Shown: positions 48,424 through 58,288 of the stretch, piece after piece
Layout of the letters: each line of letters starts with the position of its first letter
Numbering within the stretch: position 1 is the stretch's first letter
Source: Candidatus Gastranaerophilales bacterium
Lineage (GTDB): Bacteria > Cyanobacteriota > Vampirovibrionia > Gastranaerophilales > UBA9579
NCBI GenBank assembly: GCA_028689995.1
Contig: JAQVCB010000005.1
Span: forward strand, 1,367-65,366
Length of the DNA: 64,000 nucleotides
Direction: 5' to 3'
Notes under the pieces: generated by a model
Database searches by the model: none
What the model saw: the letters and a program-made list of their open reading frames with translations, nothing else
Told to the model about the DNA's origin: nothing
Position numbers and translations under genes: made by a program

Positions 48424-49884
48424 CTACTTACCTGAAATCATTCTTTCCAGAGTATCGACTCTCTGAGTCTGCGGGTCATCTCTGACTGATTTATATAACT
48501 GGACAACATTTTGGTACAGATATAAATACGGCGGATTAATGCCGCTTTTTTGAATATCACCGACAAAATTATTATAAACAGGCAAAAACCTATGCTCATC
48601 GTTTAAGACAACCTGCATACATCCTTCAGCATATTTTCTTGCTTCATTTTCAGATAAGTCCTTTCCTCTTATAATTCTTGAAGCTGCGTTATAACCGATC
48701 ATAGAAGCTGTTATTTCTTCGTTTAAAGCATTATCACTCGTTTTTGAGACGGAATTTTTTACAGCATGACATAATTCATGTATAACTACATGCAAAGAAT
48801 AGATTCTTTTATTTGAAGTTAACGCCGGATTTTTAAATGCAAGAATATGACTTTCACCGATATTTACGGAAATTTCCTTATTCTGACCTGTTTTATATGA
48901 AAAAAGAGGAATTCCTGCATATGTTATAACATTTTTTTTATTTGTAACACTAATCTTTGCATTTGTATTTTCACTTCCCTGCGTGATAATAACAGGAATA
49001 TTATGATTTTTAATAATTGAAAGCAATTTTTGTCCGTCAGGATCACTCCAGATCAGATCTAAAATTTCGTAAAGCTTATCAAGCACAGCATAATTAACCC
49101 CTCTATCAAGCCTTACCAGATTATAAATTTCAGGCGGAGCCTTTTGCACTGGGGATAAATTATCAATTTTTCGGGATAATTCTCTGTCTTCTTTTTTTTC
49201 AATTGAGACTTTAAGGTTATTGCCTGCATCGGCAAATTTCGGGTCTATCTTCAATGCTTTATTGTAGTTTAAAATTGCTTCCTCATTTTGCCCCATTAAA
49301 TTATATGTAACGCCCAGATTGTAATATATCTTTGCATCTTTAGGATCATATTCCAGACCTTTTTTATAACATCGAACTGCCTGATCATACATTCCGTTAT
49401 TACAGTATTTTATACCCGAATTAAAATATTCAACGCTTAAATTATTTCTGGCAGAATCAAAAGAAGGATTGATTTTTAAAGCTTTTTCATAACTTTTAAT
49501 TGCCTGCTCAGTTTGTCCGACATTATCATAAGCTAACCCCAGATTATAATATATTTCTGGCATCCTTGAATTTATGTTCAGAGCATTTTTAAAATTTTGA
49601 ATTGCTAATGTATACTGTTTATTTTGATAATACTTTGTAGCAAGGCTAATATAAGCATAAAGCAAATTATTGCGTGCATTTGATAATTTAGGATTCAAGA
49701 CCAGAGCTTGTTTATAATTTTTTATGGCAAGCTCATTCCTGCCTTTATTTTGAAAATTCACTCCGGTATTGTAATAATAAATGGCATCAGGAGTTTTTGA
49801 AAATGCAGAAGTATCATATAAAGGATTTATAATGACCAAAAAAGTAAATAATAATATAAATATTTTATTTTTTGAGTTCAGCAT
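48424..49884 (-). CDS. secreted TPR protein with C-terminal HExxH metalloprotease-like domain
   Basis: Signal-like N-terminus, five or more TPR units, then HVVIHELCHAV. Confidence 0.65.
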   Translation of the reverse strand: MLNSKNKIFILLFTFLVIINPLYDTSAFSKTPDAIYYYNTGVNFQNKGRNELAIKNYKQALVLNPKLSNARNNLLYAYISLATKYYQNKQYTLAIQNFKNALNINSRMPEIYYNLGLAYDNVGQTEQAIKSYEKALKINPSFDSARNNLSVEYFNSGIKYCNNGMYDQAVRCYKKGLEYDPKDAKIYYNLGVTYNLMGQNEEAILNYNKALKIDPKFADAGNNLKVSIEKKEDRELSRKIDNLSPVQKAPPEIYNLVRLDRGVNYAVLDKLYEILDLIWSDPDGQKLLSIIKNHNIPVIITQGSENTNAKISVTNKKNVITYAGIPLFSYKTGQNKEISVNIGESHILAFKNPALTSNKRIYSLHVVIHELCHAVKNSVSKTSDNALNEEITASMIGYNAASRIIRGKDLSENEARKYAEGCMQVVLNDEHRFLPVYNNFVGDIQKSGINPPYLYLYQNVVQLYKSVRDDPQTQRVDTLERMISGK

Positions 49885-49966
49885 ACAACACCAAAAATTT
49901 ATTCTTTATTCAGGTTTAATACCTTTAGCTTGATAAAGACTCATTATTTCCTTGTCATACTCTTAT

Positions 49967-51754
49967 CTACTGCGATGTCGTTGATTTAAATACCCTTGAT
50001 TTTAAGGCTGTAATAAAATCATTATTCAAATGAGCATAGTCAAAAATTACAATTCCAGATGCTCCGCTTTCTCTTGCTGATTGTATTTGATTAAGAAGAT
50101 CTGCAGGACTTCCTGCAGTAAAAGGTTCAAATAATCCGGTATATATTAAAACATTGTCATTTACCGTATTTCTGATTTCACAGACATGATTTTGAACAAG
50201 AAGTTTATCAGTTCCCATAATGAGAGGTGTAAATGCATCAACATATTTGTTACATCCCCAAATTCCCCAATCCTGAAGCTTCATAATTGATGTATCTTCT
50301 AATTTTGGGAATATAACTGTTGAAATTAATATATTTTTACCATTTGTTAAAGATTTTAATTTTGAAACAAACGAAGTTATTTTATTCTGTCTGTAATAAA
50401 CCCAATTTTGCCACATAGGATTATCGAGAGTAAGATTTACAGGATCAATGCCGTATATCTTGCAGAACTCATTTCTTGCATAAGCACTATAACCCCAGGA
50501 TGATTCTGTATATAAGGGGAAATTTATTGGCAAACTTGCAGGATAACGAATATAGTCAATATTTAACCCGTCAATATTATAATTATTTACTATTTCAGAG
50601 ATTAACTCCGATAAATATTTCTGAACGTCGGGATTTGCAGGGTCAAGAAAATATCCGCCATGCTCTGATGCTGAAGGCATAGGTTTTTCTGCGGAATAAT
50701 ATCTCTTCTGCATGTTAGCCCAGTCAGGATGAGCAGAAATAACATGCTTTGGATTTTTTGAAATATCCTCATTTCCTGCATAAAAAGTCTGAAACCATAT
50801 ATGAATTTTCATTCCTCTTTTATGAGCTTCTTCCGTCCAGACTTTTAGAGGATCCCATCCCTTAAATTCTTTTCTTTGAGATATTACTCCGTAAGATTCA
50901 AGAGTTTTACTGGGGAATATCGTATATCCATGATAATAAGTTTCTATAAAAACATTATTTATTCCTGCGCATTTAATTCTTTCCAGTGTTTTTACAATTT
51001 CTTCCTTGTTCTTTTCAACAGGTCTAAGCCATATACCATGAAACTCACCGGCTTTTGAAGGAATTATGTAATAAAGAGCATTATCTGCAAGCTGGCTCGC
51101 AACCTCAGCTTTTTCCTTAGCTTTGTCATATTGCTTATCAGACAAATATCCTAAAGCTTCATTGAGCTTTCGCATAGCTCTACATAAGTAATCATTTGCA
51201 TTCTGATAATCTTTTGAATCATGTTTAAGTTCATTTATAGACTTGCTGACATTGTCTATTTTTTGTTTTGCCTTAAAAGTAAGACTTTCAGGAGTAATAA
51301 TACTTTCTATTATATTAGTTTCAGGATTTATTTTTATAACAGCGCCTTCTGTAGCTGCTTGAGTTATCCATTTTTTGGCTTTACCATGCCCGCTTATTAT
51401 AAATCCATTTTTGGGAATAAATGAATCTGAACCTGTTAGTTGTGTTATTACTCCGTTAATAACAACAGCTTCTGTTCCAAACTCATTTGTACCTGTTCTT
51501 TCTCCAAAAGCAGGCGTATAAATAATAAGCTGATTCCCTCCTCTTAAACCGGGATAAAAGGCTCCAACCGGGTTTGTTTTTGGAGTAGGATCAACTGCAC
51601 TTATTTCAAATTGAGATTTTGATATGTACTTAACAGTTTGATTTTCTTCTGTTGCTGCCTGAGACGAATTAATAGGCTGTGAAACATTTTGAGCTTCCAT
51701 CACTTTAATATTAAAGCCTAATATTAATATCAATAAAAAAATAACTCTTTTCAT
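49967..51754 (-). CDS. glycosyl-hydrolase-like family 10 (YddW/UPF0748-type) protein
   Basis: Signal peptide. GINNVFIETYYHGYTIFPS...HIWFQTFY...IDYIRYP resembles the remembered GHL10 TIM-barrel pattern. Confidence 0.55.
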   Translation of the reverse strand: MKRVIFLLILILGFNIKVMEAQNVSQPINSSQAATEENQTVKYISKSQFEISAVDPTPKTNPVGAFYPGLRGGNQLIIYTPAFGERTGTNEFGTEAVVINGVITQLTGSDSFIPKNGFIISGHGKAKKWITQAATEGAVIKINPETNIIESIITPESLTFKAKQKIDNVSKSINELKHDSKDYQNANDYLCRAMRKLNEALGYLSDKQYDKAKEKAEVASQLADNALYYIIPSKAGEFHGIWLRPVEKNKEEIVKTLERIKCAGINNVFIETYYHGYTIFPSKTLESYGVISQRKEFKGWDPLKVWTEEAHKRGMKIHIWFQTFYAGNEDISKNPKHVISAHPDWANMQKRYYSAEKPMPSASEHGGYFLDPANPDVQKYLSELISEIVNNYNIDGLNIDYIRYPASLPINFPLYTESSWGYSAYARNEFCKIYGIDPVNLTLDNPMWQNWVYYRQNKITSFVSKLKSLTNGKNILISTVIFPKLEDTSIMKLQDWGIWGCNKYVDAFTPLIMGTDKLLVQNHVCEIRNTVNDNVLIYTGLFEPFTAGSPADLLNQIQSARESGASGIVIFDYAHLNNDFITALKSRVFKSTTSQ

Positions 51755-52099
51755 TTATTCCTCAACTCATAAAATCATATTTGTAATATCTAGTCTACAG
51801 CCGTACCAGTACCCACTTTCAGGCTTTCGTTTTTGCAATGATCGACTGCAAATTTCTGATTTTTTCAAAAATTTAAGTTATGCAGCAATCTTTTCAATAG
51901 TATATCAATGTTTGAAAAAACATAAAATGATACCCATCTATATAACTTTTATATTAAATAGGATAAAAATCATATGCCTGCCCGAGTTATATTTTTTTTA
52001 AAAGTATTAAATTATATTAAATTAATTATTTATTAGATTACTTTAACAATTAACTTTAAAAGTTTCATTAAATATTAATTCGAGAAAAGGTGAAAATAT

Positions 52100-52696
52100 A
52101 TGTTGAACAGCGCAAAATTAAACACAGGTTTAAATGTAAACCAAAATTTATCTTACAACAAAAAGCCTGTTTCCCCTTTTACAAAAGAATTAAATGATAC
52201 TGTCAGCTTTAAGGAAAAACCTGTATCAATTTTAGATGGTTCAGATTACAGACCTGAAAAAAAAATAAACTGGCTACAGGTTACAGTTGGTGCTGTAACA
52301 GGAATAATAGCCGGAGCATTGTTATTCAGAAATAAAAACGGAGAAAAAATTCAAAATCTAACTGATGGTTTGAAAGACTCTTCTGAAGTAATGATTGAAC
52401 AATTTAAAAAAGCAGATGATAAAACTCTTCCAATATTAGATAAATTTATGTCACCACTTGTTAGAATTGTGACCGACAAAGAACCAGGTATTGCACTCAA
52501 AATTCAAAATTTCAGAATAGAAAATAGACTTGCAAAAATTGATGATCTTATAGATAAAAAATCAAATATATTTGATCTTTGTAAAAAATCTGAAATGGAT
52601 AAATCTGTTGCAGAACAGATTTTCAATACAATTAAGGCAAAATTTCCAAATGAAGAGCAAAAATTAAAAGCATCATTTGATAAAGCTTATAAATAA
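52100..52696 (+). CDS. hypothetical membrane protein
   Basis: 198 aa with one hydrophobic helix (WLQVTVGAVTGIIAGALLF). Confidence 0.45.
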   Translation: MLNSAKLNTGLNVNQNLSYNKKPVSPFTKELNDTVSFKEKPVSILDGSDYRPEKKINWLQVTVGAVTGIIAGALLFRNKNGEKIQNLTDGLKDSSEVMIEQFKKADDKTLPILDKFMSPLVRIVTDKEPGIALKIQNFRIENRLAKIDDLIDKKSNIFDLCKKSEMDKSVAEQIFNTIKAKFPNEEQKLKASFDKAYK

Positions 52697-52723
52697 GAGG
52701 GTGCGGAAAAATTCTGATTTTTT

Positions 52724-52905
52724 AGGAACGAGTTATGCAAACCTTCCATGCAGGCAAAGCCTGCCTTCAGGTTTTGCGCCACTCCCGCTGCCACATCGAA
52801 AAATCGAATTTTTCAAGTCCGACCTTGGAAAGCGAAAGCGAGCTGAAGCTGTAAGTCGTGGCGATGAGCCCAGGCTGGAACGCCGTTAATAGCGAGCTCT
52901 CAAGA
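52724..52905 (+). repeat. GC-rich dispersed repeat, copy d (core CTCCCGCTGCC at 52792-52802)
   Basis: Starts TAGGAACGAGTT. Limits approximate. Confidence 0.5.
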
Positions 52906-52911
52906 AGGTAA

Positions 52912-52950
52912 AAGGCAGTAATGCCGGCTCCTCGCCGGCATTACTGCCTT
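52912..52950. terminator. perfect 17-bp stem-loop between convergent genes
   Basis: AAGGCAGTAATGCCGGC (52912-52928), loop TCCTC, GCCGGCATTACTGCCTT (52934-52950). No clear U-run. Confidence 0.45.
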
Positions 52951-53022
52951 GATACTGAATCTCGGAAGATACGGAAAAATGTAATTTTTTCCATATTTTC
53001 TAACCCAAGTCAAATAAAATCT

Positions 53023-53838
53023 TTATGGCATTAAAGACTCAATTATTTCTGTCATTTTACCTTGTAACAGACCATTTGTAGCAATAATATTTTTTACATA
53101 AATATCAAAATTATCAGTTCCGAAATTCGAAACCTCACCGCCTGCTTCTCGTATTATGCAAGCTGCTGCCGTAATATCCCATGGGGCAAGATTAAGTTCC
53201 CAAAAACCATCCAGCCTGCCGCAAGCTACATAGCACATATCAAGTGATGCAGAACCGGGACGCCTGACTGCCTGAGCTTCATAAAGAAATTTTGTAAAAT
53301 ATCTGATATTTTCTTCAAGAATTCCATCTCTGTTAACAGGAAAACCCGTAGCCAGCAAGGATTTATTAAGAGAATCTATATTGCTAACGCTTATATTATC
53401 TGCATTCATATATGCACCTGCTCCTTCTGCGGCCCAGAACATCTCATTTTTAAAAGCGTCAAATACAACTCCGAGATAAATTCTCCCTTGATACAGCAAG
53501 CCTATTGATACAGCAAAATGGGGAAAATTATGGGCATAGTTCGTTGTTCCATCAATAGGATCTATAACCCATACATAATCTGCTTCAGATTTATATGATC
53601 CGCTTTCTTCTCCAAGAAAACCATGCTCAGGAAAATGCCCTTTTATAACCGACAAAATCTTTTCTTCTGCTAATTTATCTGCATTTGTAACAAGGTCAAA
53701 CTGATTAAATTTATGAGAAATTTCTTTCTTTTTTCCGAAATATGCCAGTTGTATTTCTCCTGCCTCAAGTGCTGCTTCTTTTGCAACTGACAGCAATTTT
53801 TCTGTATCAATCATATCTTCATTCCTTTGATAATTCAT
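53023..53838 (-). CDS. inositol monophosphatase family protein
   Basis: WVIDPIDGTTNYAH and GFWE...WDITAA motifs. Confidence 0.85.
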   Translation of the reverse strand: MNYQRNEDMIDTEKLLSVAKEAALEAGEIQLAYFGKKKEISHKFNQFDLVTNADKLAEEKILSVIKGHFPEHGFLGEESGSYKSEADYVWVIDPIDGTTNYAHNFPHFAVSIGLLYQGRIYLGVVFDAFKNEMFWAAEGAGAYMNADNISVSNIDSLNKSLLATGFPVNRDGILEENIRYFTKFLYEAQAVRRPGSASLDMCYVACGRLDGFWELNLAPWDITAAACIIREAGGEVSNFGTDNFDIYVKNIIATNGLLQGKMTEIIESLMP

Positions 53839-53863
53839 TCAATTAAAATCTTTTAGAATCTGT

Positions 53864-53893
53864 CTCAAATTTAAAAAATTTGGACTTTTGAGA
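53864..53893. repeat. 30-nt palindrome-containing motif, copy 1
   Basis: CTCAAATTTAAAAAATTTGGACTTTTGAGA, 30/30 identical to 57472-57501. Confidence 0.8.
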
Positions 53894-53952
53894 TTAATTC
53901 TAGTATATAATACATAAAAACGAACTATAATTCACCGACAGAAAGAGAAAAT

Positions 53953-54309
53953 ATGTTTGAAATTAAAATTGAAAGTCATTTTTCTGCTGCACATCATCTT
54001 CTAAATTACGAAGGCGAATGTGAAAACCAACACGGACATAACTGGAAAGTTGAAGTTTTCGCTCAGGGCAAAGAATTGGATAAATCAAATATTTTTATCG
54101 ATTTTAAAGTATTAAAGACATCGTTGAATAAAGTTTTGAATAGATTAGATCATAAAGATCTCAACCAGCTTAAAGAATTTGAAAACCAGAGTCCCAGCAG
54201 CGAAATGCTTGCAAGATTTATATATAAAGAATTAAAAAAAGAAATTTTTCAAATATCAAAAGTTTGTGTTTGGGAAACAGAAAGAGCCAGAGCCTGCTAT
54301 TGGGAATAA
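53953..54309 (+). CDS. queD: 6-carboxytetrahydropterin synthase
   Basis: CENQHGHNWKVEV and the 118-aa size are typical of QueD. Confidence 0.85.
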   Translation: MFEIKIESHFSAAHHLLNYEGECENQHGHNWKVEVFAQGKELDKSNIFIDFKVLKTSLNKVLNRLDHKDLNQLKEFENQSPSSEMLARFIYKELKKEIFQISKVCVWETERARACYWE

Positions 54310-54321
54310 TGCGTAGAAAGC

Positions 54322-54349
54322 CTCAAATTAAAAATTTGGACTTTTCAGA
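54322..54349. repeat. 30-nt motif, copy 2 (degenerate)
   Basis: CTCAAATTAAAAATTTGGACTTTTCAGA: 2-nt deletion and one substitution relative to copies 1 and 3. Confidence 0.7.
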
Positions 54350-54548
54350 CCGTTTCAAATAGAAACAAATTTTTTGACTATTCCTCTATATCAATCTGTA
54401 CAAGAATTTTTTAAGTTTTATTACATTTGTCTAAAATTTTTAACTATATCTAACAACAATAAGATTAGATCCGTTTTAATACTTATGGAGATATTTATTT
54501 TTTTACAAATATGTCCTATAATATGTGAGATAATCAGGAGGTTAAAAA

Positions 54549-54821
54549 ATGTCATTCGTAACCAATCAAGCCTTCATGAACTTAAATACACTGACAAGAA
54601 TCAACAGTCAGTACAGAGTTCAGCAGGCCAATCAAAACCTCACAAATATGCTCGCTAATCCAACACAGTGCACACCGATTGAAACTGCAAGAAGAGAAAA
54701 ACAGATTATGTTTGGCTCTCTTCAAAATCAATTTATGGCCAAATGCACTGAACTCATCGAGCAATCCCTTAAAAAGCAACAGGAGAAAGATATCAAAAGA
54801 TCTTTCAGTACTTTTGCTTAA
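54549..54821 (+). CDS. hypothetical protein
   Basis: AGGAGG 8 nt upstream of the ATG, followed by a terminator. Chosen over overlapping track ORFs. Confidence 0.5.
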   Translation: MSFVTNQAFMNLNTLTRINSQYRVQQANQNLTNMLANPTQCTPIETARREKQIMFGSLQNQFMAKCTELIEQSLKKQQEKDIKRSFSTFA

Positions 54822-54836
54822 CAATGTTATGTCACA

Positions 54837-54870
54837 AAAAGAAGAGGCACTTTTGAGCCTCTTCTTTTTT
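54837..54870 (+). terminator. rho-independent terminator
   Basis: AAAAGAAGAGGC / GCCTCTTCTTTT 12-bp stem followed by further T residues. Confidence 0.7.
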
Positions 54871-55013
54871 ATAGAAGTTTAGGTACCAATTTAAAACTAT
54901 TTCTTTAAAATGTTGTTTAATTCTTGAATTACTGATAAATTAAATACATGTGATACATTAATAATGGGGTTTTTAAATTTTATAATTTTTATAAATAATA
55001 TAACTAAGAGTGA

Positions 55014-56678
55014 GTGATTATGTCAGTTAATAAATCTTCAGAAATTTATTACAATAAAGGAATTATACACTATGAGAAAGGTCAATATGATCGTGCCATA
55101 GAATGTTTTCAACAAGCTATTGAAAAAAATGGATCAAACCCCCAATTTCACTATAATCTTGGTCTTGCATATGTAAAAAAACAGGAATATGTTTCAGCTA
55201 TAACTAGCTTTAAAAAAGCAATATCAATAAATCCAAAAGATGCTGATGTCTTTCATAACTTAGGTATTGCTTATTCTAAAAAACATGATTTCAAAAATGC
55301 TATTCAAGCTTATAAAAGTGTTTTAACACTTAAACCCAAAGATCCTGACAGTTATTATAACCTTGGTATTGCTTACTTTTTAGCAAAAAATTATGTTGAT
55401 TCAATAGTAAATTTTAAAAAAGCACTTGAATTTAATCCTAAAAATCCTTCTGTATTATATAATTTAGCTTACGTTTATTATGCAAATAAACAATATGAGC
55501 TCGCAAAAGAAAATTTTCTTTATACAATTTCTTTAAATAATGATGATGTTGAAGCTCATTTTAATTTAGGAAATATATATTTAAAACAAAATGAACAAGA
55601 ACTTGCCATAAAATATTTTGAAAAAGTTTTATCTTTAAATCCAAATCATAAAGGAGTTAAAGATGCTTTAAAAGAAATTGATAAAACTAAAGAACACTCC
55701 CATTTAGAAAATGAAATAGAAAATTATTTTCAGGAAGCTATAAAATTATTACATAACAAAGAATTAGATCTTGCTATTGAAGAATTTAAAAAGATCTTAA
55801 TTTTAAAGAAAGATCATCCAAAAGCTTTAGAATTTATAAATAAAACTTCTAAATTGATAACTGAAGCCAATAATCTGACTGACAAAGGAATATCCTGTTT
55901 TTCAAACAATAATTATGCTAAAGCAATAGAATTCATCAAAAAAGCACTATCTATAAAAATACTTGATACAAAAATAATGGATTTACTTGCTGAGGCAATA
56001 GAAAAAAACAAAGTTTTAAAAGAAAAAGAAAAAGAAATATACACCTCACTAATTGAAAATGGTCAATATGACAAAGCTGTTGATGTACTTAAAAAGGCTG
56101 TTTCTGAGAATCCAACCGATCCTGAGGCTCATTTAAATTTAGGAAAAGTATATATAAAACAAAAAGAATATTACTCTTCCCTTGACAGCTTAAGAGAAAC
56201 ATTATCTCTTGATCCTGAACATAAAGAGGTTCAAAATACTTTATATGAGGTAGTTAAGGTTATAAATACATACGAAGATGAATCCAAAGACTATTTCATG
56301 CTGGCACTTATCTATATTGAAAAAAAGGATTTTGTTAATGCTATTAATGCATTAAAAAAAGTCCTTGAGATTAAACCTGATGATCCAAAAACTAAAATTT
56401 TATTAACTAAAATAATGACATTACTTAATAAAACCAATACCAATTATAGTAATCCGTCTTTAAATCAAAATATCACCGATGAAATTAGCAAATACAAAAA
56501 ACAAATTAAAGAAAATCCTCAAAATCATGAAGCATATTATAAACTTGGTCTTATCTGTGTGCAAATGCAAAAATATGATATTGCAATGGGAAACTTTAAA
56601 AAAGCTCTTTCATTAAAACCGGATTACAGAGAAGCTCAACAATCCTTATTTGATTTAATGAGAATAATTAACTCTTAA
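55014..56678 (+). CDS. TPR-repeat protein (paralogue of 38590..39930)
   Basis: Colinear with 38590..39930 over its whole length. ATG at 55020 is the likely start. Confidence 0.8.
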   Translation: MIMSVNKSSEIYYNKGIIHYEKGQYDRAIECFQQAIEKNGSNPQFHYNLGLAYVKKQEYVSAITSFKKAISINPKDADVFHNLGIAYSKKHDFKNAIQAYKSVLTLKPKDPDSYYNLGIAYFLAKNYVDSIVNFKKALEFNPKNPSVLYNLAYVYYANKQYELAKENFLYTISLNNDDVEAHFNLGNIYLKQNEQELAIKYFEKVLSLNPNHKGVKDALKEIDKTKEHSHLENEIENYFQEAIKLLHNKELDLAIEEFKKILILKKDHPKALEFINKTSKLITEANNLTDKGISCFSNNNYAKAIEFIKKALSIKILDTKIMDLLAEAIEKNKVLKEKEKEIYTSLIENGQYDKAVDVLKKAVSENPTDPEAHLNLGKVYIKQKEYYSSLDSLRETLSLDPEHKEVQNTLYEVVKVINTYEDESKDYFMLALIYIEKKDFVNAINALKKVLEIKPDDPKTKILLTKIMTLLNKTNTNYSNPSLNQNITDEISKYKKQIKENPQNHEAYYKLGLICVQMQKYDIAMGNFKKALSLKPDYREAQQSLFDLMRIINS

Positions 56679-56682
56679 AACT

Positions 56683-56798
56683 TTGGCTAAAGCCTCCAAC
56701 GCCTCGCCAAGCCAACCGTTGCTTTGCCAACACTCCCGCTTTGCATAAGCCTGTTTCATTGTTATAGCTTGATTTTTTGATTTTAATCAAACAGGCTC
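56683..56798 (+). repeat. GC-rich dispersed repeat, copy c (core CTCCCGCTTTGC at 56733-56744)
   Basis: GGCTAAAGCCTCCAACGCCTCGCCAAGCCAACCG parallels copy b. Ends with an AGCCTGTTT...AAACAGGCT hairpin that abuts the stop of 56799..57389. Confidence 0.65.
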
Positions 56799-57389
56799 TT
56801 AGAGATTATATCTGAAATTGCTTGCAAATATAGGTCTATCACTTGGAATTATAGTAATATCTGTGCCGATTTTTTTATAATTAATACCGATAAGAGGATA
56901 TGCGAGTGGTGAAACACCTACTACATTAGGATATTTATCCTTATATCCATAAATTGCCCCAATTCTGTATTTAAAATCAACATTTAATTCTTTAGCTACA
57001 TGTAATGTATATACTGTTCTGCCAAGACCTACAAAAGTAGACTGATTTCTATAGCTGTTTTTGAATGTTCCTATAGTGAAACCATTATAATCAAGACCTA
57101 TAAGATTATTCTCTCCGCACATTTCATCTTTATGATTACTTGTATGCATACTCCACATGCCACCTAAAACAGCACTATCAGTAGGTTTGCCTTTGATGTA
57201 TTTCCATGTTTTCAAGAAAGTACTCGGTTTCGCAGTCCCGTCTGTCAATTCGTTTGAAACTCTGAGCTTAAAAAGCTGAAGTCTTTTGCTATCATCGGCA
57301 AAAGCTTCTTTATTTAACGATAAAAAGAGAAGACAAGTCATTATTATTAATATTTTTGCCGATATTGCAATTTTCATTTTTATATCCAA
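56799..57389 (-). CDS. putative outer-membrane beta-barrel protein
   Basis: Signal peptide, then alternating hydrophobic/polar strands ending FASNFRYNL. Family not recognised with confidence. Confidence 0.35.
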   Translation of the reverse strand: MDIKMKIAISAKILIIMTCLLFLSLNKEAFADDSKRLQLFKLRVSNELTDGTAKPSTFLKTWKYIKGKPTDSAVLGGMWSMHTSNHKDEMCGENNLIGLDYNGFTIGTFKNSYRNQSTFVGLGRTVYTLHVAKELNVDFKYRIGAIYGYKDKYPNVVGVSPLAYPLIGINYKKIGTDITIIPSDRPIFASNFRYNL

Positions 57390-57460
57390 ATCTGATTTCT
57401 ATAAACTTGACTGAATTATATCATTATTCATTTTTTTATAATAGCAAAAAACTGGAAGTA

Positions 57461-57502
57461 GTCTCAAAAGTCTCAAATTTAAAAAATTTGGACTTTTGAG
57501 AC
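57461..57502. repeat. 30-nt motif, copy 3, extended to a 12-bp inverted repeat
   Basis: GTCTCAAAAGTC TCAAATTTAAAAAATTTG GACTTTTGAGAC. Confidence 0.8.
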
Positions 57503-57655
57503 TATGACCTTACAAAAGTGAAAAACGGCGGAAACGGTGAGTTTTCGACGTTTTGACACTGGCCGACAGAAGCGTACGAAAAAAATGAAAAAGAATTTTT
57601 TATTTTTGAGACAGCTTCTAATTAATTTTGTCAAAATAAAGGTGATTTTTATTTT

Positions 57656-58288
57656 TTAAAATGGTTTTAAAGGGTTAATTCCTGGATATTTTGACTGATT
57701 TAAAAACTTTGACATACTGTTATGTTGAGTTAAAGACTTTTGCTGTGCTGGTTTGCTAAAAATCAAGTTATTTTCAAAATCCTGTTGGGAGACTGTTTGT
57801 TTGATATGTTTTTTTTGATAAAGAGAAGCAGCATAATTTCTTAAAGGTGGAGAAACAAAGTTATTTGCAGTAACCGATCCAATCATGCCGATAATAGTTC
57901 CTAGTCCGTCTATATAACCCTGCTTAACTTTATGTATATGATATTTATCAAACCCTTTTTCTTTTACTAAAGTTTTTTCAATATTTTTAAATACTTCAGG
58001 TTTATTTATAGTCCAGTCAGTTGCCAGCCTACGACCTTTATTTATACATACTGCAGTTAAAGTCCAGAATATAGTGAAGTTAATTATTCCATCAGCTGAT
58101 TCCTGTGCAAGCATGAATTTTTTTTCTTTTTTTGGAATATCTTTATTAATAAAAACTGCAGTTATCTGGCATATTGCAGTAGTTAAAATACCCACAATCC
58201 CTGCTTTTTTTAAAAATTCAGATTTATTATTCATTGCATCAAATGCAATTTTAACAACTTTTGTTTTAAGCATATCTGAGGCTTTCAT
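57656..58288 (-). CDS. hypothetical membrane protein
   Basis: 210 aa with hydrophobic helices. 1-nt overlap with the upstream gene. Confidence 0.45.
   Translation of the reverse strand: MKASDMLKTKVVKIAFDAMNNKSEFLKKAGIVGILTTAICQITAVFINKDIPKKEKKFMLAQESADGIINFTIFWTLTAVCINKGRRLATDWTINKPEVFKNIEKTLVKEKGFDKYHIHKVKQGYIDGLGTIIGMIGSVTANNFVSPPLRNYAASLYQKKHIKQTVSQQDFENNLIFSKPAQQKSLTQHNSMSKFLNQSKYPGINPLKPF

Noticed and set aside
52677-52889. 70-aa plus-strand ORF (R/P/G-rich)
   Set aside because: It is read entirely from the GC-rich dispersed repeat copy d. Its composition is unlike the real genes here.
54374-54882. Overlapping ORFs 54374..54658, 54582..54824 (-), 54679..54882
   Set aside because: They are mutually exclusive with 54549..54821, which alone has a strong AGGAGG RBS and a downstream terminator.
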